DNA of 54,499 bases. Source: Pseudomonadota bacterium. GTDB taxonomy: Bacteria > Bdellovibrionota_F > JAHFAK01 > JBDREC01. Where the stretch lies: NCBI GenBank assembly GCA_043820105.1, contig JBDREC010000042.1, positions 1 to 54,499 on the forward strand. The letters are read 5' to 3'. Both the position numbers and the translations under genes were made by a program. A model generated the notes under the pieces. The model was not told the origin of the DNA. It ran no database searches and saw only the letters and a program-made list of their open reading frames with translations. Shown piece by piece: positions 9,756 to 20,112 of the stretch (position 1 is its first letter; each line of letters begins with the position of its first letter).

Positions 9756-12020
9756 ATGATTAAGCGAAAATTTCTATTATGTTTAATTGCGGGAATGTTT
9801 GCACTTTTCCAAATGGGCTGCGGTCTACTGGACAGTGGTGTAAGCTGGGATGGTGGTTTTTCAACCCTGAACACTACCTTTACATCACTTCCATCTGCAT
9901 CAGCCTTGAGTGCTGCGATTCCAAGTTACAAGACAATGAAAGCAAGTGGCACGTCTAGTGTTTATTTTGCCGCTGTTACTTTAAATGGTTTGGCAACTGG
10001 AGCTGCCTCAGCTGATTATGATTTTGTTATTGTGGCATTAGAAGACGCAGATCAGGCGGTACGGGAACTGAAAGTAAAACCTGACACATCATATATATTT
10101 GCAATCATTTCAGCTACAGTGGGTGATGATGACAGTGTTTCAAACGTTACCATTCACTCAACAAGCTTTGCAAATGGTACCTTTACTGATGGTGAAAAAT
10201 ATGGTCTTTCAGTTGCGATTGATGATGATCTCCAGATTACAGTTACTGTTACTTCCGGCACCTGGGCAGCAGCTGGCGCTAAAGCCACCAAATCTGTTGA
10301 AGGTGAATGGGCCTGCACCATGGAACTTAATGAAGATAATTACTATGCAACAGTTGAAGAAGGAAGCGATCAAGCTCTTCTTGGTTTCAAATTAAAAGCT
10401 GACACTGAAATAGAAGATGACTATGAAGGTGTATATCAGGAAATCATAGTTACTCCAGATGAACATACTGTTATGATTGGTCACTATAATCAAATCAGTG
10501 ATGGCACTACAGATTACCAAAGAATATTTGTAGTGGAAGAATTTGAAGAAGAAGTTTTTGAAGCTGATTCAATTACACATTGTACCTTTAAAATTTCTCA
10601 TGAAATGCTGCTTGATTCTATTACAGAAGAAGAAAGCTTTACAGGCACAGTTACAGTTAAATTTTCAGGAGAATGTGATGAACCAGAAGCCCTTGAATAT
10701 ATGAAGAACAAATACAACTTTGCAGCAAAATTTGCAACAGATGACACAGAAGAAGAGGATTTAGATGGTGAAGAAAATTATGATATTAGCTGTGAATATA
10801 ACAGAGAATTTCCATATGAAATTAATGAACTGCTTCCAGCAATAGATTCAGAAATTTCAAAAATTTTTGAAATTAGTGGTGAATCTTGCTGGACATACAG
10901 CGATGAAGATGAATTGTTAATGCCAAACTTTTTATCTATACTCGAACAAAGAAACCTTAGTGAAGATGCTTTAGATGAATATGCAACTACACTAACATTA
11001 ACAAAAGCTGCTGACACTCTTGATTTCTCAGTGGCAATTGCTGAATCAACAATTAGTGATACTTTTGAAGCTGAAGCTGAAGGTTGGTATGCTTTACATC
11101 GAGAAAACACTGATGAAGTAATTTTTAGCGGTATATCAGATGCTTTTGCTCATGATACTGCTCAACTAACTTACAACATCAATGTATTCCAGGGGGTTAA
11201 TTTCAATTATGATATATTTATTGAATATGGATTTGAAGATACTCCAATTGGAGCTTGCTATCTTTCATCAGGAGCTGCTTTTTGGAATGATTCTGGCGAA
11301 GATGGCGATGACTACAACCCATTTGAAGGAGATGATGGGACCTGGGGTTTTGAGCGTGATTTAGATTCAGAAATATGTACTGGTTATACATACTTATACT
11401 TTCAGGAAAACGATGAGAGCCTTAGCCTCTTATTATTCACAGAAACTGGTGAAGAACTTGAATATGACCTTGAAAGAATATCAGGAGATGCTTTTGTTGG
11501 TATAACAGAAGATATTTTCTTTGAAATCAACTGGTATGACTATTCTTTCTATCTTGAAGTAGGTGGAGCAGAAATTTGTTCTGTATCAATGTATGAAGAT
11601 ACTATTTCAGAATACGCTGGAGTTACAATCTCCTTATCAGAAGATCTTCCTGAATTAGTAGATGTTTGGAATAGTTGTGAAGGTGATGAATCGCCAAGTC
11701 TTCCACAGACAGGGGAAGTAACTTTCTTAGAAATCAATTTCAACTTTGTAGATTGGAACGGCAGCTTTTATTCAACAGTTGGCGGAGAAGATTTCCATAA
11801 TGAATTTAGCTGGGCTGATTTCTGGGGTGATATATGGCAAGGGGTCATGGAAAGTGATGACGGCAACAGTGAAACAAAAATAAATGTTAATCATTTTGAT
11901 AATGTAATTGATATTTTTGCATGGAATTATGATGCAGACTCAGGCTGTTATGAAGAACTTTGGTATTCTACTTCATTTAATGATGATCCTGATATGGTTT
12001 TTACCGAATATAACTTTTAA
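9756..12020 (+). CDS. Large, very acidic hypothetical lipoprotein
   Basis: AGGAGG at 9745-9750 supports ATG 9756. Signal peptide ends QMGC. Mature part is D/E-rich with very few K/R in the C-terminal half. Confidence 0.75.
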   Translation: MIKRKFLLCLIAGMFALFQMGCGLLDSGVSWDGGFSTLNTTFTSLPSASALSAAIPSYKTMKASGTSSVYFAAVTLNGLATGAASADYDFVIVALEDADQAVRELKVKPDTSYIFAIISATVGDDDSVSNVTIHSTSFANGTFTDGEKYGLSVAIDDDLQITVTVTSGTWAAAGAKATKSVEGEWACTMELNEDNYYATVEEGSDQALLGFKLKADTEIEDDYEGVYQEIIVTPDEHTVMIGHYNQISDGTTDYQRIFVVEEFEEEVFEADSITHCTFKISHEMLLDSITEEESFTGTVTVKFSGECDEPEALEYMKNKYNFAAKFATDDTEEEDLDGEENYDISCEYNREFPYEINELLPAIDSEISKIFEISGESCWTYSDEDELLMPNFLSILEQRNLSEDALDEYATTLTLTKAADTLDFSVAIAESTISDTFEAEAEGWYALHRENTDEVIFSGISDAFAHDTAQLTYNINVFQGVNFNYDIFIEYGFEDTPIGACYLSSGAAFWNDSGEDGDDYNPFEGDDGTWGFERDLDSEICTGYTYLYFQENDESLSLLLFTETGEELEYDLERISGDAFVGITEDIFFEINWYDYSFYLEVGGAEICSVSMYEDTISEYAGVTISLSEDLPELVDVWNSCEGDESPSLPQTGEVTFLEINFNFVDWNGSFYSTVGGEDFHNEFSWADFWGDIWQGVMESDDGNSETKINVNHFDNVIDIFAWNYDADSGCYEELWYSTSFNDDPDMVFTEYNF

Positions 12021-12024
12021 AAAC

Positions 12025-12048
12025 GTAGGGGAGGGGCTTGTCCCCTCC
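12025..12048 (+). repeat. GTAG-type REP-like palindrome, copy 3
   Basis: GTAGGGGAGGGGCTTGTCCCCTCC, 4 nt after a stop codon. Confidence 0.8.
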
Positions 12049-12076
12049 CAATAAAAACAACACACAAATTTAAAAA

Positions 12077-13648
12077 ATGCCTCAAAAACGTATATGTCTA
12101 AAAATAGATGGCCGTGAAATTCATTCAAAAGAAGGCATAACTATTTTAGAAGCCGCGAAACTCGCTGGCATCCCAATTCCACATATTTGCACCCATAAGG
12201 CACTTAGCAATATTGAATGTTGCAGAATGTGTCTTGTTAAAATTTCAGGATATGATCCTCTGCAACCTGCATGTACAACAGAAGTTTTAGATGGCATGAT
12301 TGTGGAAACAAACAATGAAGAAGTTAAGAAATCAAGAGTTTGGAACTTAAAATATCATTTAATTAACCATCCAGCAGCTTGCCACACTTGTGAAAAAACA
12401 GGTGAATGCAAACTTCAAGACTTATATATGAAATACGGTCTTTATTCTTCTGATGAAGATTCAAGGCAAAAATCAACGCGCTTTTATCCTATAAATAAGC
12501 ATGTTATTTTAGACTATTCAAAGTGCATTTTATGTGGTCGCTGTGCCATATTTTTAAGAGAATATTTTGCTTTTGAGATTCCAAACTCCATTAAAAACAA
12601 AAAAACTTTAATAAACATTTCCCCACCAGAAAGAGTCACAGGAAATTATACTCTGAATCTAACAGATCTTTGCCCAACAGGAGCCTTAATTTCAAGAGAC
12701 TTTAGGCATAGAAGTCCTGTATGGAAGCTTGCTGAGTTTGATTCCATCTGTATAGGCTGTGGAACAGGATGTAACATTAAATTCTGTCATAGGGAAAATG
12801 TAATTCATAGAATTATCCCAAGATATAATGAAAAGATAAATAAATTCTTTATGTGTGATCATGGCCGATCTATCTATCATCACCATAATATTGAAAATCG
12901 CTTAAGCTCACCCTTGAAAAAAGTAAAAAAGGCTATGCTAGAAATAGAATGGACTGAGGCCATAACTGATATTTCGACAGAAATTAAAAAAAGAATCGCT
13001 TTTAAACAAAATAATAAAATCGCTGTAGTCATGACACCTTCTCTAAGCCTGGAAGACTTGTTTTCAATTGAATATATATTTAGACAAAAGCTAAAAGCTA
13101 ATATATTTTTATATACTAATAATGATATTGAATCGTTAAAAAAAGATAAGGATAATTTTTTAATTCATCAGGAAAAAAACCCTAACACTGCTGGAATAAA
13201 CTTTTTTGAAAATCAATTTGAAAAATATTTACCATTAGATACGCTTGAAGAAAAAGATCCTGACATTATTTTATTCTTTTCCCCAGGAAACTCTAGATCT
13301 TATCCAAGCCTTGAAAATCTAGTTCAAAAATTTTGCGAAAGAAATAAGTTCTTTATTTACGCTGCGTCAAATCTGAATTTCAAGCTAAAAAAAGCTTCTT
13401 TAATATTGCCACTAAAAACCTATATTGAAAAAAAATCTACTTTTATAAATAAAAGTGGAATCATTCAAAAGCAAAGCCTTGGAATTTCAATAGTAGAAAA
13501 TGCTTTGTCTGTTTTTGAATTTTGCGAAATGATAGAAGTTTCAATCGGAAAATTTACCCTCGCAAATATGCTTTCCTCATTTATGTCTCAAGTTGATGAT
13601 TTATTTAAGGGACATGTAAACAATCAAAACCAGCAAAATAGTCCCTAA
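12077..13648 (+). CDS. nuoG: NuoG-like Fe-S protein (2Fe-2S + 4Fe-4S clusters, molybdopterin-oxidoreductase-like C-terminus)
   Basis: CCRMCLV, PACTT, NHPAACHTCEKTGECKLQD, CILCGRC, DLCPTGAL, CIGCGTGC and MCDHGR motifs. Confidence 0.8.
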   Translation: MPQKRICLKIDGREIHSKEGITILEAAKLAGIPIPHICTHKALSNIECCRMCLVKISGYDPLQPACTTEVLDGMIVETNNEEVKKSRVWNLKYHLINHPAACHTCEKTGECKLQDLYMKYGLYSSDEDSRQKSTRFYPINKHVILDYSKCILCGRCAIFLREYFAFEIPNSIKNKKTLINISPPERVTGNYTLNLTDLCPTGALISRDFRHRSPVWKLAEFDSICIGCGTGCNIKFCHRENVIHRIIPRYNEKINKFFMCDHGRSIYHHHNIENRLSSPLKKVKKAMLEIEWTEAITDISTEIKKRIAFKQNNKIAVVMTPSLSLEDLFSIEYIFRQKLKANIFLYTNNDIESLKKDKDNFLIHQEKNPNTAGINFFENQFEKYLPLDTLEEKDPDIILFFSPGNSRSYPSLENLVQKFCERNKFFIYAASNLNFKLKKASLILPLKTYIEKKSTFINKSGIIQKQSLGISIVENALSVFEFCEMIEVSIGKFTLANMLSSFMSQVDDLFKGHVNNQNQQNSP

Positions 13649-13861
13649 ACCAACATAAAGATTTTCTGCTCCAAAAGACATTTTCTTAATTTGGTCTTTT
13701 AATTTGGTGCTAGTTTTTTTATCCTGATTTTCACTGAAAGCTTCAATTGTTAACTTCTTTGCCTGATAATAATTGCCTGCTTCAATTAGTTCTTCTATTT
13801 TATTAAAAGGAGTTTTTTTGCTATTTTTGCCTTGCTTATTTGCCATCTTTTCCTCGATCAA
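13601..13861 (-). CDS. Small hypothetical protein with C-terminal TM helix
   Basis: 86 aa ORF with a hydrophobic C-terminus; overlaps the nuoG-like 3' end convergently. Confidence 0.5.
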   Translation of the reverse strand: MIEEKMANKQGKNSKKTPFNKIEELIEAGNYYQAKKLTIEAFSENQDKKTSTKLKDQIKKMSFGAENLYVGLGTILLVLIVYMSLK

Positions 13862-13955
13862 AATGATTCATGATTCATCATGGATAACTTGATTTTTACT
13901 GTATTAAAAAATATATTAACATATTAATAATTTTAAATGAATTTAATCAATAAAA

Positions 13956-16346
13956 ATGAACAGATTGAAGCTACTTAATAGTGATAAAATATTTATTCTT
14001 GATGGTGCCATAGGAACATCTTTACAAAAATTTGAAATAGATAACAATCAATGCATTGAAGGACTTAATTTAATTAATCCCCAGTGGGTTAGTGATGTTC
14101 ATGAAAACTTCGCCAAACTTAATGTTAATATAATTACAGCGAATACCTTTAGTGCCAATAGAATCAAATTAGAACAATACAAGCTTGAAAATAAATTGGC
14201 TGAAATTAATCAAACAGGAGTAAAGCTTGCTAAAAAAGCCTGCAATAAAAACCAGTTAGTACTAGCTTCAATTGGACCTACTGGAAAATTTATAAAGCCA
14301 AATGGAGATCTAAGTTTTGACAACGCTTACAATATATTTAAAGAACAAATTGCTCATATCTTAAAAGAAAAACCTGACATTATAGGCTTTGAAACCTTTT
14401 ATGATATTCTTGAACTAAAAAGTGCTATTGTGGCAGCCAGAGACCTTGATGCAAATGTTGCAATTTTTGCATCAATGACCTTTGAAGCTTCGGGTCTAAC
14501 AATGCTTGGAACATCTCCAGAGGCAATGGGTGTTACATTATCAGCTATGGATATTGAGGCAATTGGAATCAACTGTTCCTTGGGAATTGACTCTATTCAC
14601 CCCTTTATTGAAAAACTAATAAGTACAGCCAAAAAGCCAGTATTTGTTAGGCCAAATGCTGGTCTGCCTATTATTAAAAATGGGAAAACTCATTTTCCAA
14701 TGGAAAGCTCCTCTTTTACCAAGTGGCTTCCTAAATATATTGCATCTGGAATTTCAGGTATTGGTGGATGCTGTGGAACAACACCTGATCACATCCAGGC
14801 AATAATCAAGGCATGCACAAATAAAATAGAAATAAAAAAAGAAAATACGTTTTATTTTTCATCACGAAAAAACATATTAGAATTAAAAGACAAAACTTGC
14901 TACATTGCTGGAGAAAGAATAAATCCAACAGGCAAAGAAAAACTTAAAAAAGCTTTGACCAAAAAGGATTTTTCCTTAGTCAAAAAACTTGCTAAAACAC
15001 AAGTTGAGGCAGGAAGCCATATGCTTGATGTAAATATTGGAATAGGCTCAGATAATGAAGAATTTTTAATGGAAAAAGCATTGGAAAGCATTCAGGATGT
15101 TTTTGATATACCTCTTATAATTGATTCTTCAAACATGGATATAATTGAAAATGCTTTAAAATGCATTCCAGGCAAATGTTTAATAAACTCATCAACTGCC
15201 AATGAAATAAAACTTAAAAAAATGCTTTTATGTGCAAAAAAGTATGGCGCCTGTTTACTTGTTTTGCCAATGGATGAAAATGGCATCCCTCACAATAAAG
15301 AAGGTCGAATTAAGCTGGTTAATAAAGCACTTAAAACAGCTAATTCTATGAACTTTAATCAAGATAATCTTTTTTTTGATCCACTAACATTACCAATTAG
15401 TGTTGATAATGAAAATGCAAAAATCACTTTAGATACTCTTGAGTATTTAAGCAAAGAATTGAAGCTAAAAACTGTTATGGGAGTTAGTAATGTTTCTTTT
15501 GGCCTCCCCAATAGAGATCTAATAAATGCAGCCTTTTTATCAAAAGCCATGGATAGAGGTCTGAGTATTGCAATTATAAATCCAAACAAAGAGCTAATGA
15601 CAAGCTCAATAGTTTTAAATGATTTAATTCAAGGTCATAAAGGAAGTTGCGATAACTATATAAAACAATATTCACAATTAACTAAAGAAAAAGAAAATAA
15701 AATTGAAAAAAGCTCATCTGACCCAATTATGAGTTCAATTTTAGAATTCGATGACAGTAATATTGAAAAACAAATAAATATTGCCTTGGAAAAAAACATC
15801 GCGCCTACTGATATTATAAATAATTCTATTGTTCCGGCCCTGCAAGAAGTTGGAGACAAATATGAAAAAGGTGAATACTTTCTTCCAAACTTAATAAAAG
15901 CCGCGGACATTGCATCTAAAGCGTTTAAGGCCTTAAAAAAGGCTCTTCCATCTCTTGACACAAGTTATGGCAAAATGCTTATAGCAACAGTTGAAGGGGA
16001 TATTCACGATATTGGTAAAAATTTGGTAGCATTGTTTATTGAAAATAACGGTACAAAAGTAATAGACCTTGGCAAAAATGTTAATATAGATAAAATTATT
16101 GACGCTATAGAAAAACATAAACCTGATATTGTTGGTCTAAGTGCTCTTATGACAACGACTGTAACTGAAATGAAAAAAGATATTGATATAATGAAGAGCA
16201 AAAACATCAATGCCAAAATAATAGTTGGAGGAGCTGTTTTAACAGAGCGATATGCAAAGGAAATTGGAGCCGACTATTATGCAAAGGACGCTGTTGAAGC
16301 AGCAAAATTAGTAAACAAAATTTTAAATAACAAAGTTAAGAAGTAA
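13956..16346 (+). CDS. metH: Cobalamin-dependent methionine synthase (Hcy-, pterin- and B12-binding domains; no reactivation domain)
   Basis: LDGAIGT, GINCSLG, GGCCGTTP, GERINPTGK, GDIHDIGKN and LSALMTTT motifs; ends after the B12-binding domain. Confidence 0.88.
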   Translation: MNRLKLLNSDKIFILDGAIGTSLQKFEIDNNQCIEGLNLINPQWVSDVHENFAKLNVNIITANTFSANRIKLEQYKLENKLAEINQTGVKLAKKACNKNQLVLASIGPTGKFIKPNGDLSFDNAYNIFKEQIAHILKEKPDIIGFETFYDILELKSAIVAARDLDANVAIFASMTFEASGLTMLGTSPEAMGVTLSAMDIEAIGINCSLGIDSIHPFIEKLISTAKKPVFVRPNAGLPIIKNGKTHFPMESSSFTKWLPKYIASGISGIGGCCGTTPDHIQAIIKACTNKIEIKKENTFYFSSRKNILELKDKTCYIAGERINPTGKEKLKKALTKKDFSLVKKLAKTQVEAGSHMLDVNIGIGSDNEEFLMEKALESIQDVFDIPLIIDSSNMDIIENALKCIPGKCLINSSTANEIKLKKMLLCAKKYGACLLVLPMDENGIPHNKEGRIKLVNKALKTANSMNFNQDNLFFDPLTLPISVDNENAKITLDTLEYLSKELKLKTVMGVSNVSFGLPNRDLINAAFLSKAMDRGLSIAIINPNKELMTSSIVLNDLIQGHKGSCDNYIKQYSQLTKEKENKIEKSSSDPIMSSILEFDDSNIEKQINIALEKNIAPTDIINNSIVPALQEVGDKYEKGEYFLPNLIKAADIASKAFKALKKALPSLDTSYGKMLIATVEGDIHDIGKNLVALFIENNGTKVIDLGKNVNIDKIIDAIEKHKPDIVGLSALMTTTVTEMKKDIDIMKSKNINAKIIVGGAVLTERYAKEIGADYYAKDAVEAAKLVNKILNNKVKK

Positions 16347-16375
16347 GTTTTAAGTGTTATTATCCATTTTATTAA

Positions 16376-16408
16376 CACTTACCACTTACCACTTACCACT
16401 TACCACTT
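16376..16408. repeat. Heptamer tandem array (CACTTAC)x~5
   Basis: Ends 6 nt before the ftsE ATG. Upstream TAAGTGTTA can pair with TAACACTTA. Confidence 0.9.
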
Positions 16409-16414
16409 GTTTAT

Positions 16415-17065
16415 ATGATAGAACTTTTCCATGTTACAAAAACATATGAAAATGAAACTCACGCTCTATATGACGTAAGCTTACAGATTGAAAAATCTGA
16501 CTTCATTTTTTTAACAGGAGCATCTGGTGCTGGCAAAACTACTTTACTCAGACTAATTTTCGGCGCAGAACCAGCAAGCTCAGGACAAATCCTTGTAGGC
16601 GGACATAATGTTTCGGCATTAAAAGCTCACCAGCTTCCAATGCTAAGAAGAAAAATGGGAATCGTTTTTCAAGACTTTAAACTCATTCAATCAAGAACTA
16701 TTTATGAAAATGTTTCCTTTACTCTTGAAGTATTGGGATTAAGTCAAAAAGAAATAAAAAGAAAAACATGGAATGTTTTAAAAGATGTTGGTCTTCAACA
16801 CAGAATGAATCATTTCCCAAAACAACTTTCAGGTGGAGAACAACAAAGAGCCGCAATAGCCAGAGCCTTAGTCAATGATCCCTTGATTATGATTGCAGAT
16901 GAGCCAACTGGCAACCTTGATTGGGATTTAACCCTGGAAATAATGAATTATTTTAATAGAATGAATGCCAGAGGAACCACAATTTTAATTGCAACCCATA
17001 ATCAAAACATACTCAAGCTTTATAATAAAAAAACTATTCATCTTGAGAAAGGAAGAATAGCTTGA
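16415..17065 (+). CDS. ftsE: Cell division ATP-binding protein FtsE
   Basis: [24 protein letters not shown] and ADEPTGNLD motifs; followed by ftsX. Confidence 0.95.
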   Translation: MIELFHVTKTYENETHALYDVSLQIEKSDFIFLTGASGAGKTTLLRLIFGAEPASSGQILVGGHNVSALKAHQLPMLRRKMGIVFQDFKLIQSRTIYENVSFTLEVLGLSQKEIKRKTWNVLKDVGLQHRMNHFPKQLSGGEQQRAAIARALVNDPLIMIADEPTGNLDWDLTLEIMNYFNRMNARGTTILIATHNQNILKLYNKKTIHLEKGRIA

Positions 17066-17973
17066 AATTATTTTATTACATTTATAGTACCTTTAAAAAA
17101 GGCATTGAATATGCTTTAAGAAACTTTATAATCAATTTAATTACGATCAGTATTATTTCAGCCTCATTAGTTCTTTTCTCAATTTCGATTATTGTAATAT
17201 TTAATCTCAATCTCCAAATAACTGGTAGAAATGAACCAATTCACTATTCTGTTTTTTTCAAGGAAAATATAGAAGCCAGCAAAATAAAAACCATATATGA
17301 CAAACTTGGCCAAACAGAAGGTCTTATATCAATTGAATTTCTAGGAAAAGAAAGAGCAAAAGATCGTTTTTTAACAGACAATGAAAACCTTAAACCAATA
17401 GTTGAATCAATGAGCGAAAACCCATTTCCCCCCACCATTGAATTGCAAATTGACTCAAAAAAGAGTTTAAAATTATTAGAATCTATTGCCCAGAACCTTT
17501 TAAAACTTCAAGAAATAGACGATGTTGTATATACAACACAGTGGCTTAGTAAGTATTCAGCAATAATACGACTAATTAAACTTTTGGGAAGTTTGTTTCT
17601 GATTTTCATTTTCTCAACAATTGTTTTTATTATTTCGAATACCATTAAACTTACTCTATTTTATAGAAAAGAGGAAATTGAAATCATGCTCTTAGTTGGG
17701 GGAACAAAAAATTATGTGAAACTACCTTTTCTGATTGAAGGGTCTGTGCTTGGATTATTCGGCTCACTTATCTCCATAGGCCTGACTTACGGATTGTTTC
17801 TGTTATTAAACTACAAACTAAACTCTTTACCTTTTTTCAATTCATCCGGAATTGAGATTTCTTTTTTGCCGCTGCCTTATATTACAGTTATCATTGCGAC
17901 CGGAATTTGCCTTGGCTTTGTTGGAAGCTATTTCTCCCTTGGAAGATTTATGAAACTGGGCGAGGGTTTGTAA
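17062..17973 (+). CDS. ftsX: Cell division permease FtsX
   Basis: 4-TM layout with ENPFP, ISNTIKL, EIEIMLLVG and PFLIEG motifs. Confidence 0.92.
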   Translation: MKLFYYIYSTFKKGIEYALRNFIINLITISIISASLVLFSISIIVIFNLNLQITGRNEPIHYSVFFKENIEASKIKTIYDKLGQTEGLISIEFLGKERAKDRFLTDNENLKPIVESMSENPFPPTIELQIDSKKSLKLLESIAQNLLKLQEIDDVVYTTQWLSKYSAIIRLIKLLGSLFLIFIFSTIVFIISNTIKLTLFYRKEEIEIMLLVGGTKNYVKLPFLIEGSVLGLFGSLISIGLTYGLFLLLNYKLNSLPFFNSSGIEISFLPLPYITVIIATGICLGFVGSYFSLGRFMKLGEGL

Positions 17974-17974
17974 G

Positions 17975-19171
17975 GTGCAAAGAGCAAAGAATACACTACA
18001 GCGTGAATATAATGCAAATAAAATATTAAAATATTTTCAACTTATTCTTTTATCGATCTGTATATTTACAACTTTGCAGTCTCAAGAAGATCCTTCAACA
18101 GTTGAAGAAGCAAAGGAAGTTTTATCAGATATTCAAAAAAAGCTTTCAAAAGAATATGATAAAATAAGCGACCTGTCTGCAAAAGAAACAAATATTTTAA
18201 TTATTTTAGAATCATTAGATTTTGAACTTCAAAGAAGCAGAAAGGAATATGCAAGTGCTAAGTTATCTTTGCAAAACTTAAGTTTAAAAAAGAAAACCCT
18301 GGAAAGGGAAACCTTAAAATTAAAAAAAAGTCTTGATGCAAGCATAGAGAAGCTAAAAAAAGTATTAGTAATGCTTTATAAAAACCGACATTTTAATTAT
18401 CTTGAAGTATTATTTGCCTCAAACTCTTATTCTGACTTAGCCTTAAAGAAAAAAATATTTTCTCAAGTTTTTGTGAAAAATGCTGAAACTGTCAAAGAAT
18501 ATAATATTTCTTATAAAAATTACCACCTGAAATATGAAAAACTACAAACAAATGAAATGATCACAAAGAATAAAGTAGAGCTTTTGGAACAAACAACTAA
18601 AGAAATTCAAGAATTAAAGACAGGAAAACAATCAATCCTAAAAGATATCGAAAATAAAAAGGATATTTACAGAGCCACTGTTAATGAATTAAAACAAAGA
18701 GTTAAAAACCTAAATAATAAAATAAATAGTCTTATGAACAAAAAAGCAAGACAAATCCAATTTGAGAGAAATATTGTGGAATATAAAGGGCTCTTAAAAT
18801 TCCCTGTTACCGGAATAATATCACAGGGCTATGGAACATTAATAAAAAGCAAGTATGAAGTGAAAATACCTCACTCAGGTCTTGACTTTAGTGCAAGCTA
18901 TGGATCTGAAGTAAAATCAATATTTGATGGAAATGTTATTTTCGCTGACAGATTCCAGGGCTATGGAAACCTGGTTATTGTAGATCATGGACAAGATATA
19001 TTCTCTTTGTATGCTCATTTAGCAGAAATCAATGTTAAAGAAAATCAACGCTTACTTGAATCTGACTTAATTGGCTTAGTGGGGGATACAGGCTCTTTAA
19101 AGGGTCCATATCTTTATTTTGAATTGAGAAAAAATGGTAAGCCTTTTAATCCAAAGAAGTGGTTTAAATAA
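17975..19171 (+). CDS. envC: Murein hydrolase activator EnvC-like (coiled coil + M23)
   Basis: Long coiled coil, HSGLDF, GYGNLVIVDHG, SLYAHL and a degenerate LYFELR; follows ftsEX. Confidence 0.85.
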   Translation: MQRAKNTLQREYNANKILKYFQLILLSICIFTTLQSQEDPSTVEEAKEVLSDIQKKLSKEYDKISDLSAKETNILIILESLDFELQRSRKEYASAKLSLQNLSLKKKTLERETLKLKKSLDASIEKLKKVLVMLYKNRHFNYLEVLFASNSYSDLALKKKIFSQVFVKNAETVKEYNISYKNYHLKYEKLQTNEMITKNKVELLEQTTKEIQELKTGKQSILKDIENKKDIYRATVNELKQRVKNLNNKINSLMNKKARQIQFERNIVEYKGLLKFPVTGIISQGYGTLIKSKYEVKIPHSGLDFSASYGSEVKSIFDGNVIFADRFQGYGNLVIVDHGQDIFSLYAHLAEINVKENQRLLESDLIGLVGDTGSLKGPYLYFELRKNGKPFNPKKWFK

Positions 19172-19284
19172 TGCAAAAGAACAAGGGAACAAGAGAACAG
19201 GGGGAAAGGGGAACGGATTGATTGACTTGTAGATTTTTCCTTGATAATGCGAGCATGTTTTTTTAAAAGGAAAAGGAGCTTCTT

Positions 19285-20112
19285 GTGTTTAGCTATATTG
19301 ACAAAGAATTTAATAAAATATTAGAAGAAAAAAACAAAGCTATTCTTATAGATCGTTTTGGCAAGCTTGTTACAGATTCAAATAAAGATAATTTATCCAG
19401 ACCTCTTTATAATATCCTTGGGCCTATTCCACTTCCGATAAATTTGAATAATCACCAGGAAACATTTAATTGGTATGTTTTTGTAAAACATATGGAATTA
19501 AACTCAATACAAAACATGGCAAATGAGATTAAAAAAGGAAAATCAAACTCTCTTTTTGAATTAATAAATTCTTATCTAACCGTAAATTCTATTTTGACTT
19601 TAGGAAATTTCGCTACATCGAATTCTCCTCTTGTAAGATTACATTCCTGCTGTATTACAGGAGATGTCTTTGGTTCATTGCGATGTGATTGTCAGAACCA
19701 ATTAATAGATTCCTTGAAACTAATTGCTTCTGAAAAGGAAGGGGCTCTAATCTACTTATCAAGCCATGAAGGTAGAGGCATTGGATTATATGCAAAGGCC
19801 GCAACATACCTCCTTCAAGATATTGGCTTGGATACCTACGAAGCTAATGAAAAAATGGGACTTCCTGCTGATTCAAGAGATTTTCATCAAGCAGCGAGCA
19901 TTATAAAATATTTTAGAACAAATCTTAACATTCGACTTATTTCCAATAACCCACTAAAAAAAGAGCATTTAAGTTCAGAAGGCATAATAATAGATGAGAT
20001 GGTATCTATAATTACTGGAATAAATGATATAAATAAAAATTATATTAAAGCAAAAGCAACCGCTGGGCATTACATTAAAGATGAAGATATAGTAAATTCT
20101 GCAGTCAAATGA
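19285..20112 (+). CDS. ribA: GTP cyclohydrolase II with N-terminal extension
   Basis: VRLHSCCITGDVFGSLRCDC, HEGRGIGL, DTYEAN and ISNNPLK motifs. Confidence 0.9.
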   Translation: MFSYIDKEFNKILEEKNKAILIDRFGKLVTDSNKDNLSRPLYNILGPIPLPINLNNHQETFNWYVFVKHMELNSIQNMANEIKKGKSNSLFELINSYLTVNSILTLGNFATSNSPLVRLHSCCITGDVFGSLRCDCQNQLIDSLKLIASEKEGALIYLSSHEGRGIGLYAKAATYLLQDIGLDTYEANEKMGLPADSRDFHQAASIIKYFRTNLNIRLISNNPLKKEHLSSEGIIIDEMVSIITGINDINKNYIKAKATAGHYIKDEDIVNSAVK

